From NCBI RefSeq assembly GCF_018350175.1, contig NC_058368.1:108316001-108380000 (forward strand): a DNA stretch of 64,000 nucleotides, written 5' to 3'. Under the pieces are notes generated by a model. The model searched no databases. It saw only the letters and a program-made list of their open reading frames with translations, and had not been told where the DNA came from. The DNA comes from Felis catus. Its lineage: Eukaryota. The translations under genes were made by a program, and so were the position numbers. Positions 1 through 13,443 of the stretch are shown here, piece after piece (position 1 is the first letter of the stretch; every line of letters starts with the position of its first letter).

Positions 1-1436
1 GGAGTCCTAAATGTTCTGGGTCTACTGCCAAGTTGGAAGCAGAAAGCTTCATATATTCAGTCAAATCTCTTTTATAAGATAGATGCAACAAACTGCCTTT
101 CTTGATGTATGCAAATATATGAGTCACCAAAAGCCTCTTGTTCATTATTTCTTTGCAATAAGACAATCCTTCAGGTGTTGCTGACATCGGGTTTGTAAAC
201 CTACAAGGCTTAAGGTTAGAGTGTTTTATGATCCACCCAAATTGAGATGCTTCTCTACCCGTGGCTAGAAAATATTTTCAAGTAGATGGAAACTGCAGTT
301 TGCTAAGAGAAAGACAGTGAACAAAAGGGTTTCATTATCCCCATTCCTATCCTCTTCACAAAAGTAGGCCTCAGTTGTCTGGGGCTCTAGAATTGGATCA
401 GCTTACTAGGTCTTTGGAGACTGAGCTTTCAGCCCGCAGGACTGGCTAACCCTGAGGTAAGGGGGAGATGCTCTGATCACTTTAATTTCTCTAGGGAAAT
501 TTATTCACAAAGAGAGGGTGGGAATTTGCACACATTTCATTTTCTCTTCTTTTGTTTCCAACATATTATTAACATCTTCTGGGAAGGAACTCAGAGTTGT
601 GTATCTTGCTAAACAGTTAAAAAAAAAAAAAAAGTCATACTCTCTTAAAAGTGATTTGTTTCCCATGTGAAGGCCAAACTGTGACATAATCACATAAAAG
701 GGATCTGGCATTATGAATGGGTACCTCTAGAATAGAACCATAAAAGGGATTATCCAGAGGGCAGCCCATTACCCAAACCCTGATAAATTTGCCAAGGTAG
801 TAAATGCCAACCTAGAAAGTTACCTGGAAAAGGATTAGAGGAAGACATTTCTTTGCATTGCTATCATTGTCAGAGTAAACCTATTTTTCTCTTTTAGAGT
901 TGTTACAGATATAAAATATCCATATTCTTCATCAACATGTTTGCTGTCAGCGGGACATCATAGATGTCAAACCTAATACTTAAACATGGCAGATATTCCA
1001 ATGTTAATGATCAGATGAATGGCAGACATGAGGTCAGAATAAATTTCAATCAAGAAAAATGATCTAATTATTTCAAATTTTAGGCATGAAATTAGAATGC
1101 ATATAAAAATATAACCCCATAAGGAGAAAACACATTTAAAAAGACTCTTGGTGGATGACAGCATTTATTAGTCTTAGGATTCATAATTCATTTAAAAAAA
1201 AAATCTTACATAATAGGTAAATAAATTTAAGAAAAGCAATCTCCAATACCTGGCCTTTCAACCCAAAGGCAAAATTTCTAGAATGCTAACTATAATCTTG
1301 CTGAATAAAATAAAAAAAATAAGATACTTGAGGGAAGCATATATTGACCCTGATGTTACAGTAAAAATGGGAGACCTTTTTAGGTAAGATGATGATAAAA
1401 TAAAACCAAAAGGCTGCCTCTTGATTCTATCTTATG

Positions 1437-1475
1437 TTTTTAATGTTTACTTATTTATTTTTGACTTAGAGTGAG

Positions 1476-1543
<68 letters not shown>

Positions 1544-1700
1544 TGCACGCAGAGCAGAAAGGGAGACCAAGAATCTGAAGCAGGCTCCAGACTCTGAGCT
1601 ATGTGCAGAGAGTGTGACAAGGGGCTTGAACTCACCAAATGCAAGATCATGACCTGAGCTGCAGCTGGAACCTTAACCGACTGAGCCACCCAGGTGTCCC
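1437..1700 (-). mobile_element. CanSINE with long (GA)n tract
   Basis: tRNA-derived head ...ctgagccacccaggtgtccc, (GA)n 1482-1539, poly-T tail. Confidence 0.92.
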
Positions 1701-1924
1701 ATTTTGATTTTACTTTAAGTTGCTAAATGGTGAATAAATATTTAGGGAGTGCCTGTTATGTGTCAACCGTGTTCCATATGATGAAGATACAATAATAAAT
1801 AAGATGGGACAAAGTCTCTGCTCATACTTGAGAGAATAAGTAGTGGTTCAAGGAAAGAAAATCTATATAGTGAAGAGTTTCACTACGAAAACACAAGATA
1901 GTTGTATAATGGTATAGATCAAGA

Positions 1925-2026
1925 ATTGGCACTTTTATTCTATGAAGGGCAAGGCAGTAAACATTTTAAGTTTTGCTGGACAGGAGGCAAAGTAGATGAT
2001 ATTTTGTACACACACACACAGAATAT

Positions 2027-2071
<45 letters not shown>

Positions 2072-2110
2072 ACAGAGAAAACAAATCTCCACAAAACATG
2101 ACAAAAATTT
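1925..2110 (+). mobile_element. MER58-like hAT fragment containing (CA)n/(TA)n microsatellite
   Basis: aagggcaaggcagtaaacattttaagttttgc...gaggcaaa; AT repeat 2023-2064. Confidence 0.45.
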
Positions 2111-2937
2111 GAAATATAATAATAATGCAAACATAAAATGTAAAGATACATAAACACAGAGACTTAGTCACCACTGTAAATGTCCACCAAAAGGGGACTG
2201 GTTAAATGAAATGCCAACAGCTGTTAAAAAAACTGTGGTAAAACAACACATTCTGAAACAGGAAAGTATTCAAGGTATATTGCCAGGTGAGATGGGTAAG
2301 TAGAAGAAAAGTACAGTGTATCATTTGGGGTGCAGAGAATGTGAACACATTTTATGTGCACTCAAATTTCTGGAAGGATATATGAATCAATGAACAATTG
2401 TTAATTCTGGGGAGTGGAGACTTATATTCTATCCTTTCTCTGCAATTTGATTTTTCAAAAACTTTATGTTCCTTTAAAATAAAAAATTAGTTAAAATAAC
2501 TCAGACGTGTAATGCTGAATCTGAAAGTTTACTAAGTATTAAAGAAATCAAATAAAAGGTTTGTGCTATTAAATGAAAAAGAAGTAAGCAAAAAGTTCCA
2601 TATGCACACTCGAGAAAAAAAGAAAAATTCCAGTTTTACAATCCTTGGCCACACTCTTGAGTTGTTTTAGGTCTCATCGAACATTAGGTCAAAAATTCCC
2701 CCTACAAGTTTCCAAGTTATAGAGCAGCATATATACTGATTCTATAACCAAAAATATATGTATTCAAAGAAAATGATGAAAAGAATACACACCAGTCTAC
2801 ACTGGCAAGCTTATCAGTGGGTAGAAAAGTTCTGGTTCCTACTTCATTCAATTCTGTATCATGGGACTTTTTAAAAATAATAAAACACTACACAGAAACA
2901 TTAAGTAATGGAATACCACAGTTTTCAAGATACTTAC

Positions 2938-2952
2938 AGTAAAAACCAACAG
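2938..2952 (-). CDS. RAPGEF6: RAPGEF6 alternative 15-nt microexon (adds AVGFY after ...DFSNPS)
   Basis: Minus strand: tgtttttgctgcctacag|CTGTTGGTTTTTACT|gtaagt; multiple of 3, no stop in phase 1, consensus donor, TGCTGC just upstream of the AG. Confidence 0.85.
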
Positions 2953-3322
2953 CTGTAGGCAGCAAAAACAAAGCAAAATCACAGAACAGTCAGCAATCAA
3001 AAGCAAACTATTAACAGTTCTGTAGCTTTCACCCAACTTGCTAAAAACAATTAAACAAGCAGCATAAACACACTGAAATCAACAGTAAGTTAATCAGACT
3101 TGGCCAATGTCACACATGTACTACAATACACACATGTGATGTACACAGCTAACCTAAAATTCAGTGCTGTCATGCAGAACTTAAGGAACTGAATTTGAAA
3201 ATTAATTGCTAAGGAGTATTTTATTCAACAAATATAAACAACACCATAAAAGCGTTTTCATAAAGTTATACATTTTGGGGTTTAAAAAATACAACTTATA
3301 AGTTAAATACCTATATGTATTC

Positions 3323-3369
3323 TTTTTTTTTGTAATTAAAAAAATTTTTTTGAGAGAGAGTGGCGGAGG

Positions 3370-3409
<40 letters not shown>

Positions 3410-3534
3410 CCTAAGTAGGCTCTGCGAGGTCAGCGAGGAGCCCTACGTGGGGCTGGATCTCATGACAGTGAGATCATGACCTGAGCTGAAATCATGAAGC
3501 AGATGCTTAACTGAGTGAGCCACCAAGGTGCCCC
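3323..3534 (-). mobile_element. CanSINE
   Basis: gagatcatgacctgagctgaaatc...gagccaccaaggtgcccc; flanking atatgt(a/g)ttc. Confidence 0.9.
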
Positions 3535-4337
3535 ATATGTGTTCATTTATATTGCTGGTATGGACACAGACTGCAGACTGAGTTTTGCAGACTGACCTCT
3601 CAATATAGATTTTATCAAAGCATCTTTGGCTCTTTCAACATGTTTTCAATGAGTGAACTATGCAATCAAACCAAGTAGCACCTTCTCTTCAAATTTCAGT
3701 GCAATGAGGGGCTTACAGTTTCTAAATTTTAGTAATTTCAACCTCTTCTTTTGGTTCCCCCAGCTAACTCCCCAGCTGACTGCTCTCTTAGTCCTCTCCC
3801 TACAACCATCCCTTATGTTCCTCACCCCCACCTCTAGATATGCCAATGACAAAAAACAAAGCAATAAAAATCACTTAATTTAGAAATCATCTGTCCTTAA
3901 AAACGCAGCTTATGAAAGTATGCATACTTAGTTTGTGTTTTGGTAGTTTAAAAATATTTTATTTGTGAATGTAGTATAAGTAAGAGGCATTGCTGTGGGA
4001 CACACATAGAGACGTGAAAATAAATTCCCATGCTCCTACTTGAAAGAAATGTAAGAACAGACAATGAAAATGCATTAAAGATTTCTCAGAAAGGAGGGAT
4101 GGCCTTCCCAGAGAATGTAACATTTGAGCTCAGCATCATGGAATAAGAGAAAGTTCACCGGATATGCAGGGAGAGAACTTGACAGGTGGCAAAACAGCAC
4201 GGGCAAAGAAACCACACTTGTGAAGATATGTGGCAAAGAGAGAGAATGTCAGAGTAGGGAGACTGGCAGGACAGAAGGCTAAAAAGGGGGTTTACAATCA
4301 TGCTGTGTAAAGTGAACACTGACAGTTACTATGTTAT

Positions 4338-4729
4338 TGTTGCAAGGTTACAGACTCACTCTGCCTTGTCACGATGGGGCTGAGATTCTGCGAACCACAT
4401 TCTTGCCAACTGGTCCCTTCTTAGGTTATGCCAAAAAGGGCACCAAAAGCAACTGTAAGGTTAGAGGAAGAAAACACTTCCTGCTTTATGTTTTTTCTTG
4501 TGGGATTTTTCTTCCTGTACTACCCCAGCAACACGTCTTCACCCTGTGGTGGCATTTCTTTCATGTACCAGAAGATGAATCCACTTTGCAGTTTTCCTGC
4601 CTCTGTGATACCTTAGTGCTTACTTCTTTACCATTTTAGGAACAGTTAATTGGCAACAATTTCTTATATTAAATTCTGATTAAATATCTGGAGTGGTTTC
4701 TATCTCATGACTGAACCTTCACTAATTCA
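4338..4729. mobile_element. LTR33-like (ERVL) solo LTR
   Basis: Terminal tatattaaattct...tggagtggtttctatctcatgactgaaccttcactaattca and internal gccaactgg...ttaggttatgccaa resemble LTR33. Confidence 0.6.
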
Positions 4730-5849
4730 GAAATCATTAAGAATTCCTAAGCAGAGTAACAACTCATTAAAATTTGTGATCTAGAAAGAACACTGGTAGA
4801 CAGGTAGAGAGGAGGATGTGTTGAAGACAGATTAGTGAGTTTTGTACCCTCCAACAGTTAAGAGGCAAATGAAATTTTTAAAGACCCAAATAACAATGTA
4901 CAGAATGAATGTCACTAAACTGTGGTACGTTGAGTTTTTATTCAAGTTGCTATAATAAAACAGAAACTTTACTACTACACTTACTATATATTCCCTCCTT
5001 TCTAATAATGAGATTCATGTAATCAAGCTTCCTTCCTTTCTTATACTAGCTGTTAGGGCCTTCAGCATTAAAACTGAAGTTGAATCACAACTACACCAAT
5101 CTTTGTAGATCTATTTATTTTTTTTTTCTTTCTTCTCCTTGGACCTAATTATACATCTTGGTTTTAACTGTATGTGTCTTTTATTGAAAGCCATCCCAAA
5201 TCCTTTCAAGTGATGGATACATAAGTAATTTTTCAAGTTTTTCTTCCCTGTAATGAAATTTTACATTATACAGTTAAATAACAATTTTTGTCTTTGGGCA
5301 CGAACTGATGCATAAAAATAAACTTGATGTCCCACATGATGTTTAAACCCAAAACCAAAATATAAGCACTAATGAAAAGATGCTATAGTATATCTAATTA
5401 ACAATACATGACAATAAAACAATTTTAGCTTCAGGTGCTGGGGAAAAAAGTTTCCAGAAAATTACTAACACATTTCAGTACCTCACAAAGGAAGAGAAGT
5501 GAGGCCACCAAGGCTGAAAAAATCTCCCTTATCCTTTTCCACACCACGGATAACTTATTTCTTGGCTGAGAAGCAGCATCCTTGCTTTCTTTCCACTGTT
5601 CTGATAAGGGTTACCAAAAGATACCTAAATGTAATCTCTTTCCTATGTACTATTTTATATTGGAGCAAGTACTGCTCAAGCTTACGCAAAAAGACAAAAT
5701 GAATGTTGTGTTTGGAGTTCTGCAGTGAGTCATAACCTCGAGATAAGAGAAGAGGGAAGCAAGCAAGTCTATTTGATACACAAGTCTCAACCATCTAATT
5801 TGTCACTTTGGAATCAATATGGCTATATAAAATCACAAACAAAAATTAC

Positions 5850-6007
5850 CTGAAGGATTAGAAAAATCCAGCATGCTGGTGGTAGGCTGCAGGAGATCAG
5901 GGCTGCTGGAAGAGAGTGTTCCAGGAATAGGCATTATAGCCAGACTGTGCCTGCAGTGTCTTGTTCCCACAATGCTGTCATCTTGCGACTGGCTCAGGCC
6001 TCCATCA
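5850..6007 (-). CDS. RAPGEF6: RAPGEF6 coding exon (~exon 17), 158 nt, phase 2-1
   Basis: Acceptor ttcaag, donor CAG|gtaatt; (S)[52 protein letters not shown]. Confidence 0.96.
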
Positions 6008-9000
6008 CTTGAAAAAAATGTCATACATCACTTTAAAGTAATTGAGAATTCTGAATGGTAAACGTTTCTGCTGTCTGTACACTAAGGCATAATGGAACCA
6101 ATTGAGAGTGGTGATTTAAAAAATTATATATTACAGCAATTTAAAAATAGGACAACTATAATAATGAATACACTTATAGGTTAAATTTTTAGGATAAATA
6201 AATTTTAAGCAAGTTAAACCTAAGAAATTCTACTATATCATAAAGGTGTACTTCATAATGCATCATAAAGAAATAGTCACATTGAGTTTCTGTTAGTTTG
6301 GTAAAGAAATTAAATCTGGGTGTGTTGGGAGCCTTTAAGATTGGCCAGTTTCAGTAGACACTAATATATGTATCCAACAAGGCACAACCACACCCCAACA
6401 AGGTTCACACTCACAACATAGTGGATGGTGACCTTTTAGGCAAAGGATGCAGCTGGGTCTAAACCCAAACCAAAAAATGGCAGGCTGCAGAAAACAAAGG
6501 GACCATATCCGAGTGACAAAGTAAGAGAGGTCTTTAAACATAGGAACAACCGGAGAACTGCCCAAACCAGTGATAACTGGGAAAAGATAAGAGGAAGATG
6601 GCAAACAGAAAACAATGGGTCTATGTGACAAGTACAAAGAAGAAAGAAGAGGGCCAGAAATCAATATAAAGGAAAAAGAATTTTATAGTCTCTGAAGTTT
6701 ATTCGAGGACACATTATTTCTTGTGTGATGTCTCAAGTCTAATTACTTGGCTACTCCCTAGATGAGAACATCAAAACTACAAAAGAAAGCAAACCATCTA
6801 AAGTTAACTCCCTTTAAAGTTTTAAAAAATATCAATCAAATGGCCATATGTAAGCAAATAAAGCACTCTTAAAATACTTTAAAGGTGTTACAGAGGCAAC
6901 TCTAAATCCACTGAAGAGAAAAAAATCAAAAGAAATATAACTCTGTTACTTAAGTTTTAGATACCCCCAAAAGTTCTATAAAACAAAGGATAAATGAAAC
7001 AGTCCTATGTAAAGGACAGCAATGAAAAAGATTTCCATTAGCATCAATGATCAAAACACCACTTGTTTCTAAGAGTTAAACCAATTCTTAGGTTAACATT
7101 AATTCTTATCTGTGTTTTACTCAATGTAGTATGCTACCCAATACTTGTTACACATATAGAGGTATCACAGAATACTTACCTATTATCATGGAATGCATTA
7201 AATGAATGGTATGGGATACATCCAGAATGTTAGAGGGGTCAAACACAGGACTTAGGCAGATAAGGCAACTATGCAAGATGAAGTGTGGAGGATGGTTAAA
7301 TAAACAGCTAAAGAGCTGCTGCTAGTAGCCAGACAAGGAAGACAGAGCTAGGACAAGCAAGACTGCGGAGGAGTTAGGGAAAAGCATGAAGACACGGGAG
7401 AGAGCAAAAGTGTTTCAAGAGCCAGCTAAGCATAACCTGGATAATTAGCTACATGACCTCAGGGAAATTTGTTTCTGGACCTTGGTTTCCCCATCTAAAA
7501 ATATAACTCTCTCTCCCCCAGGACTACTATAAAGATTAAATGAGGTAATGTGGATGAACATTTTGGCTCAGAGGAAAAAACAATTCCAATTTTTAAGAAG
7601 ACAGTGAATTACTTTTATTGAAATTAAAACAGAACAGTACAAAACTAGAAAGTACATTTTAAAATTTTAACAGGCTTTCTAATTTAATTGATTTTTGAAA
7701 ACATATCTGCCAATTTTTGGACACAGACAGTCAAGTAATTAAATCCAAAGAAACAAACTGTTAAAAGAAGTTAGCTGGTCCCATTAATAATCACAGTAGA
7801 ATCAAATGTAATTGTGTTAAAAAGTTATAATATTCTACTAAAGGGAACTGGCTGCCGTAAGTTACAGTAAGATGGAATTCACTATAAGACTAAGGAAAGT
7901 GTATGAAACACTAAAAGTCCTTATCTCTTTTACTGATGTTATTTAACATTACCTCTGCTTTTTAATAATCAAAGACAGGACACTGTAGAGATATATTAAT
8001 GTAAAGCTGGTTACAAATTCATGGTAATTAAGGTGTGAGCATGTATAAATGAAAACTATACTAATGTTATTATGTACAACCCATGCTATGACACGAATGA
8101 AACAGTATCTAATTGGCAAAATATCCATGCTTGTTTGGAAGCTGAATTGATAAAGCCCGTTTGCAAATATAGTAATTACATCATTTCTTACCAAAACAGT
8201 CTCCTGAGAAGATGATGCAGTAACAGAAACAACATACTTTTAAAAAATTCCTCAGTAACTCCCCAACACTAACTTTACTTAGAATAAAAGTATATTTTAG
8301 TTTCACATTATGAAACTAAGAAGGCTACATAAATACCTGTATGCTAATAAAAAATAATCCCAATGTTAAAAGCAAACAAAGTATGCTGACAAAAAAAAAA
8401 AAAAAAAAAGAAGGTAAGAAAAAATAATTTCTGATAAGCAAACAAGACAGTCTACTTCTGGGACTATGTTACAAAGAATAATATTAAGCTGTTATATAAG
8501 CAATTTGTGATTAAAAAACAAAATAAAAGCTGAATGATTTTAAAAAATAGGACATCAGATTTGCTTTTTTTCCACTGATGTCATTGGAAATTAGTAACTA
8601 TTTTTCTACTTCTAATGTTCAGGAGAATTCTTTCATTTTAAAATTATGTCATGGTTAGGGATTTGGGGAATTATCTATTCTTAATCTCAACTATTTGTTC
8701 CTTCCTTATTTTAATATTCTTTGTCTCACAGATACACATACTCTTTCTTGTAGTATTTCGAGGACAATTCTTAGAGAAGTGAGTGCTACAAAGGCAGAGA
8801 CCAAGAGCCTTTTTCAAAGAGCCTTGACACACATATGTTCAGAATTGTGGAATTAGACTCATTAAAATTTTTTCTCACTTAAAAAATATTCAAAGTAGAA
8901 AATTAAAAAATATATAGTGAACAAACAAGGAAGAAAACAATTACCTATAAAACCACACCCTACACAAAACCACAACCAACAGTTTTCCTTTTTAGTTATT

Positions 9001-9193
9001 TTTACAGTATACATTACAATCTAATTAACCAATCCCCTGTAGCTGGACTTCTAGGGTATTTCCAATTTTGTTTCATTATAGGTAATACTACTAAGAATAT
9101 CTGTATATAAATCTTCATCAATTTATTACTAGAAATGGAATTGTTGAATCAAAGGTATAAACATTTTTAAAACTCTTAATCAAAAAATGCCCA

Positions 9194-9486
9194 GGGAAAC
9201 CTGGGTGGCTCAGCTGGTTAAGCCTCCAACTCTTGATTTTGGTTCAGGTCATGATTGTCAGTTCGTGGAATAAGCCCCAGATCCAGCTCCAAGCTGACAG
9301 CCAGGAGCCAGTCTGGGATTCTCTCTCGGCCCCTTCCCCAGCTTGCACATACTCTTTCTCACTCAAAATAAATAAATAAAACATTTTTAAAAAATGCCCG
9401 AATACTTGATAGAAAGGTTGTCATTTCCTATTTCTTTTTTTTTTTTTAATGGTTATTTTTGAGAGAGAGAGAGGGAGCAGGGGAGG

Positions 9487-9549
<63 letters not shown>

Positions 9550-9678
9550 GATCTCAAGCAGGCTCCACACTGTCAGCACAGTGCCCAACATGGGGCTCGA
9601 ACTCAAGAACCATGAAGTAGTGACCTGAGCTGAAATCAAGAGTCAGACGCTCAACTGACTGAGCCACTCACGTACCCC
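9194..9678. mobile_element. Two CanSINEs tail to tail (+ 9194-9393; - 9435-9678)
   Basis: cctgggtggctcag head at 9200 with TSD aaaaaatgccc; reverse copy with TSD atttc(c/a)tatttct. Confidence 0.9.
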
Positions 9679-12068
9679 ATAATTTCATATTTCTACAGCA
9701 GTTTGAGCTTATTATTTGTCTTATGTTATCAATTCAGGCCCTGATTATTCTCCTGTCAATCTGTGATAAAACAAATGATACACCGTTTTTAAAATAAATT
9801 GTGTGTCCTTGATTATTATGGATGTAGAGTATGTGACTCAACGTTCTTTGCCTATTTTTCTATTGAAGTTTCAGTGATTTTATTGTGTACCTATTAAAAA
9901 TCACCTGAATTCATTTGTAATGATTAAGTGCCAAGAAACAGGACACACATTCATTCTCAAAACTGCAAAGTGACCAGTCTGACAAATCAGTTCTCTGCAA
10001 AAAAAAAAAAAAAAAAAAAAAAAAGGCTCCAATGAAAACCTTTATGATTTCTACTAAAATAACGTATTTTTTCTGGTATTTATATGGCTGAAATTATTGG
10101 CATTTTACTTCACTGAAACGTGTTTAGAAGAGAGAGCCAGAGAGAGCCAGTTTAATATTAACACCTGATGTACAGTATTTTACTAATGTTAGCATTCACA
10201 GCGAACAGCCTCCAACTGGCAAAACAGACTCAATAAATACTTGCTAACTACTAAAAGAAAAAACAATTCCCTTCTGAGTTAACTACTTCTACAAGATATT
10301 TCATTTTGAGACGTACCAATACAAAGAAATAAGGCTTGAAAACACTCAAACGATTGTTCCTGGCCACCTTCCTTTCCATGCCTACTATAAGCAAAGATAG
10401 AATCCAAGAGGTGAAACCAATTCCCACTCCCTGAAGGATACACTATGGAGATGACAGACTGATTTAGCTGCCTGAAACTTGAACAAAGCTACTTGGAATC
10501 TGACACTAACAAGCTAAAGTCCAATACAATCACTGTCCTATAGTTCTAGACGACACATGTCACAATTATGCCTCTGTTCAAAATAAAAAACAGTTAAAGG
10601 ATACATTTATTCTAGATCAAATCCACCAGGGTTTCTAGAAATGGAACTCGGGGTAATACCTCCTAAGAATTCCCTTTACAAACTCTTTTCTTTTTGGTCC
10701 TCCATTCATTTCCCTTTTCCCCAGTGCTGTCATGCACAATAACCGGTCATCCAAAACTGTCTCCCATCTTTACAATGTAGGCTAGTCCCTCTCATATTCT
10801 CCTTACCTCCCATTTATGAGAATAAGACTTCTCTTACAGTGTTTGCTGCCCTGCTGTCATATGACAGTATGCTCAATATTAAAAGAATTTTGCTACTTTA
10901 AAGTTAGGATTTTTACAATCTGCTTGCCTCTAGGAGAGCAGTCATTAAGAAAGAAATGAGTGACAATAAACACAGAGCTCAAGATGCTTTAATTCTCTGT
11001 GAGCCCCAAATTAAATGAAGAACAAATGTGTTACCTGATTGGAAGTAAGAACTCAAGAAGAAAAGCATGTTGAGATCAGGCAATCTCTGAGATCTTGAAC
11101 ACTATAAAAGCTGAGAGTTGACATTTACCTACTTCCAAGTTGTCCCCTAATTAGTGTCATTATTACAATGACAATGTGCTATACTGTCAACCCCAATACA
11201 CCAAATACAACTAACAGAGCTTCTATCACTTCCTACTATGACACGATGCAGTCCATCACTTTAGTATAATATTCAAAGTCTTTCATAACTCAGCTCTTCC
11301 CTATCTCTCCTGCTTCATCTCTACATGTACACCCAGTCTATATAACCTACCAAACTTGTTCCTGTCTTTGTGCACATCAAAACATTTATCACCCTGTAAT
11401 GCACCATTTGTCTGCTTTCCCTTTTTAGATTACCAACTCTTAGAGGACAAGAAACTTGCTCTATTAATCTTCCTACATTTCTATATTTGAACATTGTCTG
11501 TGCCTTGTGTATAAGCATGTGGAGAATAAAGGGTTCCTGATACCAATTCCTTAAAAGTAGTAACTACCTCTTTTCAGCTCTCAAAACCACAGAGCATAGT
11601 GCTGGGAACTATAAGGAACTAAACAAATATTTGATTATGTTTTGCTTAAATGTTTTCTTCCTTTTATTTTTTTTCTTCTCTTTCTTTTACTTAATTCACT
11701 GTGTTAATTTATTCAACAAATACTGAGTGCCTACTGATGTGCTAGGTACTGAGCTGGATTAACACTTCTGTGATTGCTTTATGAAGTAGATAATGTAAAA
11801 TATACAGATATAATATATACTACACCCATTCCCATCCACTTCAGTGAAATGATTTTCTTAAGTACTTTACAGACCTCAAATTACATTTCAAATCACAAAG
11901 TTTCCTTCAGTTTTGGTGACATCTCATTTTAGAAACAAGTAGATTTGACTAAAAAGGTCAGCTTTAGAATTCAGGAAGGAATAAATAGTGCAATAAGAGA
12001 AAGATGATTTAGAAGACAAAAAAACTAGCATCCGCAAATTTATCCTCAAGTTTTAAGATGTTCAAATT

Positions 12069-12278
12069 TGGGAGCACTTTGGGTGGCTCAGTCGGTTAAG
12101 CATCTGACTCTTGGTTTTGGCTCTGATCATGATCTCACAGTTCAGTGAGTTCGAGCCCCACTGCCAAGGCAGAGCCTGCTTAGGGTTCTCTCCCTCCCTC
12201 TCTCTGCCCTCCCCCACTCACACTGTCGCTGTCTCTCTCAAAATAAATAAACTGAAAAAAAAAAAAAAAAAGAAAAAA
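12069..12278 (+). mobile_element. CanSINE
   Basis: gggtggctcagtcggttaagcatctgactctt; TSD aagatgt(t/c)caaa. Confidence 0.9.
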
Positions 12279-12573
12279 GATGTCCAAAGGACTTAAATTA
12301 GATAAAAAGTACACAAGAAAAGATTTTGTAAAATAAAATGGTCAGTCTTTCCTAAAATTCAAAACAAAGCTACTAGAAGAATATATACTCCAGTAGTGGT
12401 AATTTCATGGAAATGATGGAAAGATACTAAGATTTTCTTATTTATGGTTTACTTGAAGGTTTTATAATGCGTTAGTTGTCTAAAAAACAAATTGACCCCA
12501 AATTCCCTTCCCCCAAATAAAAACTTTAGAGTCAACAGGAAAATGTCTACATTACTGAGATGATTGTACCTAC

Positions 12574-12814
12574 CTGAACAGTTTTGGAGGCAGGATACTA
12601 AACCGTGTTTTATCCAAAATTTTCCTGATTTTGTTTCTTCCACCTGAAACAGTATTTGCTTTTATTTTCTTATTTCCTTTCTCCTGTGATGTCTGTTCGA
12701 TATCTCCTGGTACATCCTGGATTGAATGGCGATTACTTTTTTTTTCAGCAATTTTAGGAATATGAGGAACTCCATATTTTTCTTGTTCAGTCCTACTAAG
12801 TAACTCTTTGAACA
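12574..12814 (-). CDS. RAPGEF6: RAPGEF6 coding exon (~exon 16), 241 nt, phase 1-2
   Basis: Acceptor acacag, donor CAG|gtaggt; (V)[79 protein letters not shown]. Confidence 0.96.
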
Positions 12815-13018
12815 CTGTGTAAATAAATAAAGTTGTCATTTGTTTTATTCTCATTAGCAAGTTTTTACAAAAACAACAAATTTTAAACATCAATACAGTC
12901 ACTTTCTATTATTTGGCCTTTCACAGTCTCATCCACTAAACATTATGAAATCTACACCATGCTTCATCAGCTATACCAACTTATCTCTTCATTTTTTTTT
13001 TTACGATTTTATTTTTAA

Positions 13019-13443
13019 TTTTTTTTTTAACATTTTTATTTATTTTTGAGACAGGGAGAGACAGAGCATGAACAGGGGAGGGTCAGAGAGAGGGAGACAC
13101 AGAATCTGAAACAGGCTTCAGGCTCTGAGCTGTCAGCACAGAGCCCGACAAGGGGCTTGAACTCCCGGACCGCGAGATCATGACCTGAGCCGAAGTCGGC
13201 TGCTTAACTGACTGAGCCACCCAGGCGCCCCTAAGATTTTATTTTTAAGTAATCTCTACACCCAATGTAGGGGCTCAAACTTACAACCCTGAGATCAAGA
13301 GTCACATGTGCTACTGACTGAGCCAACGAGATGTCCTTTAAAAAATTTTTTAAGGCAATTTCTACACCCAACATGGGTTTTGAACCCAGGACCCTGGAAT
13401 CAACAGTCACATGCTCTACCAACTGAGCCAGCCAGATGCCCCT
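13019..13443 (-). mobile_element. Young SINEC_Fc-type SINE (13019-13231) plus two short CanSINEs
   Basis: CpG-rich copy ending ccacccaggcgcccc with TSD gattttatttttaa, then two short taatctctacacccaa-type copies. Confidence 0.9.

Noticed and set aside
1..1170. Non-obvious sequence that might be a pseudogene or the next RAPGEF6 exon
   Set aside because: No frame matches the expected IPDQVIRVFK exon or any protein I recognise; left uncalled.
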